Notes under the pieces: model-generated | The model's database searches: none | What the model was told of the DNA's origin: nothing | Seen by the model: the letters and a program-made list of their open reading frames with translations, nothing else | Made by a program: the position numbers and the translations under genes | In this document: positions 14,385 to 20,199 of the stretch, one piece after another | Position numbering within the stretch: the first letter of the stretch is position 1 | How the letters are laid out: each line of letters opens with the position of its first letter | Virus record (IMG/VR): IMGVR_UViG_3300049172_000101 | Reading direction: 5' to 3' (one strand) | DNA: 20,199 nucleotides | From: an uncultured virus (IMG/VR IMGVR_UViG_3300049172_000101) | Taxonomy: Duplodnaviria; Heunggongvirae; Uroviricota; Caudoviricetes

Positions 14385-16601
14385 TCAGGCACCTTCGAGG
14401 AGGTCGAGCGCATCCTTGATGTCGGCCCGCTTGTAACCGTTCACCCGGTTCGGACGGCCCGGGATGGTGATCTTCACGGTGCCGCCCGCGCCGGCCGCGC
14501 GCAGCAGCTCACTCAGACGCTCCTCGGTCATGCCACCGCCGATCAACTCGGCCATCTCATCCAGCTGCGCTACATCCCGCCCGAGGTCGTTCATGGCGAT
14601 CAGGCAGCCGCGGCAGGCGTCCATCTGCATGCGCTGCTCCGGCGTGTGGTTCAGGATGTGCCGGCCCGGTACGCCGTCCCGCTTCGGCCCTCCCGCCGCC
14701 GAAGACAGGCCGGTGGCGTTGAGGAGGTGCTTCTCGATCGGGTCATCCCACTGCCCGGCCAGACGGCCCGCCTTCTCGCGGATCTTCGCGGCCTTCTCCA
14801 GCAGCATGCTGATCTCGCCGCGCTCGTCTTCGTCCAGGTCGAACGATCGGGCCTTGTCGGTGACCCCGGCGAACGGGTTGACCAGCCAGCCCAGGCCCGG
14901 CCGCGGCGGGTCGAACTTGGACGCGTCACGCCCCTGCCCGGAGGAGCCGTCACCGAGGATGGCGTTGGACTGGCGGGCGCTGTCCACCCGCATGGCCCAT
15001 CGGGTGGTGAAGTTGACGGCCAGCTCGTTCGGGAAGACGTCAGCGCTCGGGTACTGGGTGATGACGACCATGAGGATCCCGGCGCCGGCCGCGACCGAAC
15101 CGAGCAGCACCAGCTTCTCCATGATCTCGTCGCGGCGCGGCTTGTTCGGCCGCGTGTAGGTGGCGAGCTCGTCGATGACCAGCAGTTCGATGCCGCCGAT
15201 CTGCTCAATGACCGGGGCGACCAGCTTGGACTTGCCGAGCTTGTCGAGGTCCCGTTCGCGGCGGTCCTTGTCCGCGATCAGGGCGTCCAGCAGGGCGACG
15301 AGACGGTCGGGGTCGGGCTTGAAGTACGTGGACGCGACACCGGCCTGCGCGTAGGGGTTCCATTCGGCGTTGTTCTTCCCGGCGACGATCCGCAGGTTGA
15401 TGCGCGGGTCGAAGGTGGAGCCGACGACCAGGTTGGAGGCGCCGACGCCCTTACCGGAGCGGGTGCCGCCACCGATGGCCATGTTGGAGATGCTGATCGG
15501 CAGTCGGATGGTGTTGCCTCGCTTGGCCCAGGCGACGGGCACGCCGTCCTTGAAGGCGTCGATCTGGCTGGGCGCCTTCAGCAGCGGGGAGGGGCGGGCC
15601 TCCTCGAAGGGGTCGCGGTCGGTCATCCACAGGCTGGTGCGCAGCTCCGTCCCCGCCTTGGTCACGTCGATCATCATCGAGTCGCGGCCGAGCGCCCCGG
15701 CGAACTCCTCGATCTTCCTCACTAGGTTGGCGACCTTGGTGCGCGGCGGCAGGTCGAAGACGACGGTGGTGTTGCCTTCCTTGTCGCGCTGCGGCACTGC
15801 CAGGATCTGGATCTGCTCGTTGGGCTTGACCTCGCCGATGTTGCGGAGCGCCTGCTCGAGTTCCTCAACCGTGAGCGCGGGCGGCGGCGGGGCGTTGAAT
15901 GCCCGCATCCCAGGCTGCGACTCCGTCTTCGTCAGGTCGACCGGGGCGGCCAGCGTCTGCATCTCCGTGGTCGGGGCAGGTGCAGGCTGGCCGGCGTCGA
16001 AAGGGCGGGAGACGAGGTACCAGCCGTAGCCGGCGGCGGTGCCGAGCACGGCGAGGAGCATGGGCTGTCCGGTGGCGGCTTGCTCTATTGCCCCGCCGAG
16101 GACGGACAGGCCGCCGAGGCTGCCACCTGCGACGATCGCGGCGCGTCCGGCTTTCTTACTGGTGCGGGCGGCCTCGATCTCTCGGTCCGTGGGCGGCAGG
16201 ACGGGGGTGGCCTCCAGAGCGGCGAGCCGTGACTCCTCAGCCGCGAGTCGACCGCCAAGCGCGGGGTAGGCGGCGCTGCCGCTTCCCTCGCCGGCTTCGG
16301 CCTGCAGCTTGGCGTGGGCGAGCTTGCCGTGGAGTTCAGCGACGATGCGCTGCTGGTGCGCGACCTTCTCGCTGTGCTTGCGCTGCTTGCGCTCGGTGGC
16401 GATCTGGATGGCGGTGAGGTGGTCGATGTCGCCGCCTCCCAGCCAGTCCTTGATGCGGGCGGAGGCGTGGCCGCGCTGCGTGTTGAACGCGGCCTTGGTG
16501 CGGTCGCCGCGGGACGGCTGGTCGGCGCGGGGCGGTTCGGCGGGCATGGGCGGGATGCCCGGCTGCTGCTCGATGGGCTGATGCTCGATCTCGGTGGCCA
16601 C
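14385..16601 (-). CDS. traB: TraB-type FtsK/SpoIIIE conjugal DNA translocase (738 aa)
   Basis: N-terminal TM pair, Walker A GGGTRSGKG, Walker B LLVIDELA, ITQYP motif, C-terminal wHTH-like domain ending VNGYKRAD. AGGAAGG RBS. Spd-like neighbours. Confidence 0.88.
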   Translation of the reverse strand: MATEIEHQPIEQQPGIPPMPAEPPRADQPSRGDRTKAAFNTQRGHASARIKDWLGGGDIDHLTAIQIATERKQRKHSEKVAHQQRIVAELHGKLAHAKLQAEAGEGSGSAAYPALGGRLAAEESRLAALEATPVLPPTDREIEAARTSKKAGRAAIVAGGSLGGLSVLGGAIEQAATGQPMLLAVLGTAAGYGWYLVSRPFDAGQPAPAPTTEMQTLAAPVDLTKTESQPGMRAFNAPPPPALTVEELEQALRNIGEVKPNEQIQILAVPQRDKEGNTTVVFDLPPRTKVANLVRKIEEFAGALGRDSMMIDVTKAGTELRTSLWMTDRDPFEEARPSPLLKAPSQIDAFKDGVPVAWAKRGNTIRLPISISNMAIGGGTRSGKGVGASNLVVGSTFDPRINLRIVAGKNNAEWNPYAQAGVASTYFKPDPDRLVALLDALIADKDRRERDLDKLGKSKLVAPVIEQIGGIELLVIDELATYTRPNKPRRDEIMEKLVLLGSVAAGAGILMVVITQYPSADVFPNELAVNFTTRWAMRVDSARQSNAILGDGSSGQGRDASKFDPPRPGLGWLVNPFAGVTDKARSFDLDEDERGEISMLLEKAAKIREKAGRLAGQWDDPIEKHLLNATGLSSAAGGPKRDGVPGRHILNHTPEQRMQMDACRGCLIAMNDLGRDVAQLDEMAELIGGGMTEERLSELLRAAGAGGTVKITIPGRPNRVNGYKRADIKDALDLLEGA

Positions 16602-16627
16602 TGGCCTGGTCCTTCCTGGGTCGGGGG

Positions 16628-16652
16628 GCGGGGCCCCGGTGTGGGGCCCCGC
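16628..16652. repeat. Intergenic hairpin upstream of traB
   Basis: GCGGGGCCCC-ggtgt-GGGGCCCCGC, 10-bp stem. Confidence 0.6.
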
Positions 16653-16660
16653 GCGGGTGG

Positions 16661-17137
16661 TCAGCGGCTCAGGCCACCGAGGACGCCGCTGAGGGCGCCG
16701 ACGCCGGAGTCGGCGATCTGGTCGGCCATGCCGCCGATCACGGTTCCGGCGAGCGCGACACCGAGGACGGTGACGACGACCGCGTCGCCGACCTTCAGGT
16801 GGCCTCCCTTGACCCGGAAGAACACGACGGTGCCGAGCAGCAGAATGACGACAACTCCGGTTCCGATCGCGGCTCCGCTGGCCTGGGTCTGGATCTGCTG
16901 CGGGTAGCCGGCGGGGACCTGGGCGGTGTCGGGGTTCTGCAGGGGGGCGCCGACTCCGTTGGGGGCGAGGTCGCGGCCGATGCCGTCGGCGCTGCCGGGT
17001 GCGGTGTCGGTCTTGGCGATGGCGATGACGGTCGCCTCGTGCTCCGCGGTGGCCGCGTCGGCGGTGGCGGCGGCACCTCCGAAGAGGGCGACGGTGGCGG
17101 TGGTCGAGACGGCGAGACGGCGAAGGATGGCGTTCAT
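16661..17137 (-). CDS. Spd-like small membrane protein with N-terminal signal-peptide-like extension (158 aa)
   Basis: C-terminal TM-basic loop-TM hairpin VVILLLGTVVFFRVKGGHLKVGDAVVVTVLGVALAGT, like the small membrane proteins that precede traB in actinomycete conjugative elements. Confidence 0.65.
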   Translation of the reverse strand: MNAILRRLAVSTTATVALFGGAAATADAATAEHEATVIAIAKTDTAPGSADGIGRDLAPNGVGAPLQNPDTAQVPAGYPQQIQTQASGAAIGTGVVVILLLGTVVFFRVKGGHLKVGDAVVVTVLGVALAGTVIGGMADQIADSGVGALSGVLGGLSR

Positions 17138-17160
17138 CTTTTGATCACTCCAGGGGTGGG

Positions 17161-18540
17161 TTAGTTGGCGTTCTGGCGGGCGTTCTTGGCGGCCTGCTTG
17201 CTCCGCAGGAGCTCTCCGTGCGCGCGTCCTGCAACGCGGTCGTAGCGGGGCGTGTCGCCGGGCTTCCGGCGGGGCGGAACGGGCCTGTACGAAGACCGGG
17301 GTGTTTGGATCGCACGCTGCGCGTTTGTGGTCTTGCTGAGGGTGTTCACGGGGCGCTTCTGGCGGGCCGCTTCGACCCTCGCCTCGGCCGCGTTACGCAT
17401 CCGCAGAACCTCTGCGGACTCGCCCGGCTTGGCGCCCTCGACGTCGAGCTTGGCGCGCTCCCAGACCGCCTCAGTGACGGTCGTCTCGCCGAGGTCCGCG
17501 GCGAGCCTCTCGGCGTGCTCCCACACCTTCGGGAACAGCCGCGCGCGACGCTCGGCAAGCTGCTGCGCAGCCTCCGCCGCAGCCTTATCCGCGGCGGCCT
17601 TCTCGGCGGCGCGACGCTTCTCCTCGGCGGCCTTCTGCTTGGCTTCTTCCTTCGCCGCCTTCTCGGCCGCCCGCTGCTCGCGCCATGTCAGCTTGCCGTC
17701 GCGCTTGCGGATCCGGCCGTGCTCGTGGAGGTCCCACATGCCGGGGCCGGCGAGCGAGGCGAGCGCGGTACCGAACGCGGTCGCCGGGTCGAAGGCGTCG
17801 AGCCCGTGGACGACGTTGATGGTGGCGGCGGTGAGCGCGCCGACCCAGGCGACGAGCCGGTAGTGCCACTGCGGGCGCCCGTCCGTGACCGCGGCGGCAG
17901 CACCGACGAGCGCGACGAGCGCGATCACCTCGATGAAGATCGGGGCGACGAGCAGGTACTTGGCGTTCGGGTCCCAGAAGGCGGCCATCTGCACCGGTAG
18001 GGCGACCGTCGCGCACAGGGCGTAGAAGCTCATCGCGACGTTCCGCCACCGCTTGCTGGACCTCTCGACAGCCTCCGCCTTCGCGGTTTCGGACTGCTGC
18101 TGCTCCCGCGCCTGCCGGGCTTCCTGCTCGCGGGCCCGGTTGGCTTCGTCACGACGCCGGTTGGCCTCGGCGATCCGCGCCTGCGATGCGGCCTCGTCCT
18201 CGCGGGCCTTCCGCTCGGCGCGGTCGTTGGCGAGGCGCAGCTTCCGCGCCTCCTCCTCGGCCTTCACCCGGATGGCTTTGGCCTCGGCCTCGGCACGCTT
18301 CAGTGCGGCGATCTTCTCCGCCTCCGCGGCGAGACGGCGCTCCTCCGACTCGGCCCACGCTGCGGCGCGGATCGCTTCGGCCTGCGCCTGGGCGACGAGG
18401 TCGCTGTCGGACTGCGGCGTCGACTCGGCGACGGTTTCGGTCTGGGGGGTGGGGGTGGCTCCTATGGGCTGCCAGTCCCCCAGTACGGGCGGGGCCGGCG
18501 GCCGGGCGTGGCCGTTCACCTTCGGCGGACTGGCGGTCAT
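17161..18540 (-). CDS. SpdB2/DUF2637-like coiled-coil, 4-TM plasmid-spread protein (459 aa)
   Basis: ATG at 18540 with GAGAAGGG RBS. Long A/E/R coiled coil, four hydrophobic helices, basic C-terminus. Two genes upstream of traB. Confidence 0.7.
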   Translation of the reverse strand: MTASPPKVNGHARPPAPPVLGDWQPIGATPTPQTETVAESTPQSDSDLVAQAQAEAIRAAAWAESEERRLAAEAEKIAALKRAEAEAKAIRVKAEEEARKLRLANDRAERKAREDEAASQARIAEANRRRDEANRAREQEARQAREQQQSETAKAEAVERSSKRWRNVAMSFYALCATVALPVQMAAFWDPNAKYLLVAPIFIEVIALVALVGAAAAVTDGRPQWHYRLVAWVGALTAATINVVHGLDAFDPATAFGTALASLAGPGMWDLHEHGRIRKRDGKLTWREQRAAEKAAKEEAKQKAAEEKRRAAEKAAADKAAAEAAQQLAERRARLFPKVWEHAERLAADLGETTVTEAVWERAKLDVEGAKPGESAEVLRMRNAAEARVEAARQKRPVNTLSKTTNAQRAIQTPRSSYRPVPPRRKPGDTPRYDRVAGRAHGELLRSKQAAKNARQNAN

Positions 18541-18562
18541 GGCGCGTGATCCCTTCTCGGTT

Positions 18563-18727
18563 TCAGCTGGCGGTGACGCGGGGGCGTCGGCGGATGTGGG
18601 CGCTGGTCGTGGTGGGGGTGCGGCCCTGGTACTGGGCGTCGCCGGGTGCGTTGGTCTGCCACGGAGCGGTGCTCTGCGGGCGGCGGCTGTCGTCGGTGCG
18701 GGCACCGTGCGCCCGGTCGGCGGCCAC
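18563..18727 (-). CDS. Hypothetical protein (54 aa) MAADRAHGARTDDSRRPQ...
   Basis: GAGGTG RBS 6 nt before GTG. High GC3. Confidence 0.5.
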   Translation of the reverse strand: MAADRAHGARTDDSRRPQSTAPWQTNAPGDAQYQGRTPTTTSAHIRRRPRVTAS

Positions 18728-18764
18728 GCCGATCACCTCGCGTCCGCGGCGGATCCGGTGTGCA

Positions 18765-18926
18765 TCAGCGGCCGGTCCTCTCGTGGTCGCTGGCGGTCTT
18801 CTCCGCGGTCGGCTTGTTGCTGTAGGTGCCGAGGTTGGCGCCGCAGGAGCAGGTGACCTTGTGCGAGTAGCGGCCGTGGCCTTCGCCGCGGGTGGAGACG
18901 TAAGCGCGGTGGCTGGTGCTGGGCAT
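18765..18926 (-). CDS. Small His/Cys protein (53 aa; HKVTCSCG...DH)
   Basis: Not in the ORF track. GAGAGGA RBS. MPSTSHRAYVSTRGEGHGRYSHKVTCSCGANLGTYSNKPTAEKTASDHERTGR. Confidence 0.7.
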   Translation of the reverse strand: MPSTSHRAYVSTRGEGHGRYSHKVTCSCGANLGTYSNKPTAEKTASDHERTGR

Positions 18927-18971
18927 ACGCGGTCCTCTCGGATCAATGGGTGGGTAGCGGGGTGGTGCAGT

Positions 18972-19019
18972 GCCCCGGGCCCGAGTCGATCGGGCGCCCT
19001 CACGGCTGGATGCCGGGGC
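18972..19019 (-). ncRNA. Candidate tRNA-like minihelix (acceptor stem + T-arm mimic)
   Basis: 7-bp stem GCCCCGG/CCGGGGC stacked on a 5-bp stem GCCCG/CGGGC with 7-nt loop AUCGACU. Confidence 0.4.
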
Positions 19020-19031
19020 TGTGCTGGAGGG

Positions 19032-19181
19032 TCACCACCAGCGGATCTTGCGGCGGTCAGGACAGCCGTTCTTGGCGTGGTCCTCGCACGGCTCGCACCG
19101 CGTGTTCTGATCACCGAGGCCGAGCCAGTTACCGCGGTGGAGTTCGGCGTGCTCCTCGCACTGCGGGCAGCGATCCGCCAT
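19032..19181 (-). CDS. pRL2-8-like small Cys/His protein (49 aa)
   Basis: Not in the ORF track. MADRCPQCEEHAELH...CEPCEDHAKNGC. ATG overlaps the upstream TGA. Confidence 0.65.
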   Translation of the reverse strand: MADRCPQCEEHAELHRGNWLGLGDQNTRCEPCEDHAKNGCPDRRKIRWW

Positions 19182-19450
19182 CAGGCGGCGGCCGGGACGT
19201 CGTCGCGGGTGGCGAGCTCGACCTGCAGACGGTTGGCCTCCTGCCGCAGCGCCTGGTTCTCGGCGCGCAGCGTGTCCACGGAGCCCTGGAGACGATCGGC
19301 GTGGTTGGCCATCGTCCGCAGCATCTCCACGAGCCGGACGATCAGCCGGACAGCCTTCCGGTGCGGCAGATCCGGATCGGTGTAGTCGGCGTCGTCCGTG
19401 TCGTCGATGAGCCGTCGCGCGTCACGCACGAACATCGAGGTCAGATCCAT
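19181..19450 (-). CDS. Hypothetical coiled-coil protein (89 aa)
   Basis: GAAGGGA RBS. Heptad C-terminal half. Confidence 0.75.
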   Translation of the reverse strand: MDLTSMFVRDARRLIDDTDDADYTDPDLPHRKAVRLIVRLVEMLRTMANHADRLQGSVDTLRAENQALRQEANRLQVELATRDDVPAAA

Positions 19451-19497
19451 GAGAGTCCCTTCAGCGGGTTGGGTGGGTGGTTGGTTGGGCTAGCGGG

Positions 19498-19719
19498 TCA
19501 GGCGGCGGCCGGCTCGTTGAACCCGTCGAGCTCGGCCCGCAGGTCGGCGTCGGCGGCGAGGCGGATCTCCGCGGCCCGGGCCCGGTCACCGCGGGCGACA
19601 GCGTCGCCGTACTCGGCGAACACGTAGGTGATGGGCGGCGCCGGGACGAGGACCGCGGCACGGGCCTGGCGGCCCTCGACGGTGACGGCGTGGTCGGCGG
19701 AGAACACGAACGGAGACAT
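19498..19719 (-). CDS. Hypothetical protein (73 aa)
   Basis: GAAAGGG RBS, high GC3. Confidence 0.75.
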   Translation of the reverse strand: MSPFVFSADHAVTVEGRQARAAVLVPAPPITYVFAEYGDAVARGDRARAAEIRLAADADLRAELDGFNEPAAA

Positions 19720-19766
19720 GGGGGTGCCCTTTCAGGGGTGGAGTGGGATTGGGGGTGGTATGAAGC

Positions 19767-20138
19767 TCAGACGGTGGGGCGGCGGTACTGCCCGACCATG
19801 TCGCGGAAGCCGGCCAGCCGGTCGCGCGCCTTCTTCAGCAAGATCGCCTGCTCGATCCCGGTGGCGTCAGCGGCCTCACCGACGAAGACGGCGGCCCAGC
19901 CCACGTCGTCGGCGCCGTCGATACCGGCGTCCTCCATGCGCATGTACGACACGTCGAGCTGGTCGGCGAGCTCCGGCAAGGACGTCGCTGGCTGCTCGCC
20001 GCTCACGTCCGTGATGATGTCGGCGTAGGACAGGATCGCCTCGGGGGTGACGGCACAGTGACCGTCGCACTGCTCACCGTCGTGGATCGTGCACGTGTAC
20101 CGGTGGATCACCTCGGTGGTCCGGCTGGTAGAAGGCAC
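19767..20138 (-). CDS. Hypothetical protein (123 aa)
   Basis: GTG start with GAGGAGA RBS. N-terminal Cys/His cluster. Confidence 0.75.
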   Translation of the reverse strand: MPSTSRTTEVIHRYTCTIHDGEQCDGHCAVTPEAILSYADIITDVSGEQPATSLPELADQLDVSYMRMEDAGIDGADDVGWAAVFVGEAADATGIEQAILLKKARDRLAGFRDMVGQYRRPTV

Positions 20139-20199
20139 GGCTGATCTCCTCGGTTGGTCATGCCGGGATGAAGGGGTGGGAAGCCGCGGGTGGCGGGAC

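Larger units (their letters stand above)
1..20199 (-). mobile_element. Part of a prophage or phage-plasmid carrying an actinomycete TraB conjugation module
   Basis: Head/packaging genes and tra/spd genes are co-oriented with only small accessory genes between them. No host housekeeping genes in the window. Confidence 0.75.

Noticed and set aside
14385..16601. Chromosomal FtsK or type VII secretion EccC
   Set aside because: Single ATPase domain, Spd-like neighbours and clt-like repeats. No WXG100 or cell-division context.
18960..19030. Canonical tRNA gene or attachment site
   Set aside because: Only 48 nt, no D arm or anticodon arm, and no second copy or integrase in the window.
20158..20199. 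Possible 3' end of an upstream minus-strand gene (VPPPAASHPFIPA*)
   Set aside because: Only 13 codons visible, cannot be supported.

Overview
High-GC actinobacterial sequence, very likely Streptomyces, almost entirely encoded on the minus strand. Read right to left it has four parts. (1) An actinomycete conjugative-element transfer module: small Cys/His proteins, a coiled-coil 4-TM Spd-like protein, a small 2-TM Spd-like protein, an FtsK/SpoIIIE-family TraB-type translocase, and a repeat/palindrome locus resembling clt directly behind it. (2) A run of small hypothetical genes. (3) A divergent plus-strand cassette encoding a small HTH protein and an endonuclease VII-family nuclease. (4) A contiguous tailed-phage packaging and head module: terS, terL, DUF1360-like membrane protein, portal, a 1059-aa MuF/protease/wHTH fusion, two small N-terminal-Cys proteins and the start of the major capsid gene. 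The most notable point is a co-oriented TraB/clt conjugation module and a virion head module with no visible boundary between them, suggesting a conjugative prophage or phage-plasmid. Family calls come from motif recognition by eye; no database searches were run.
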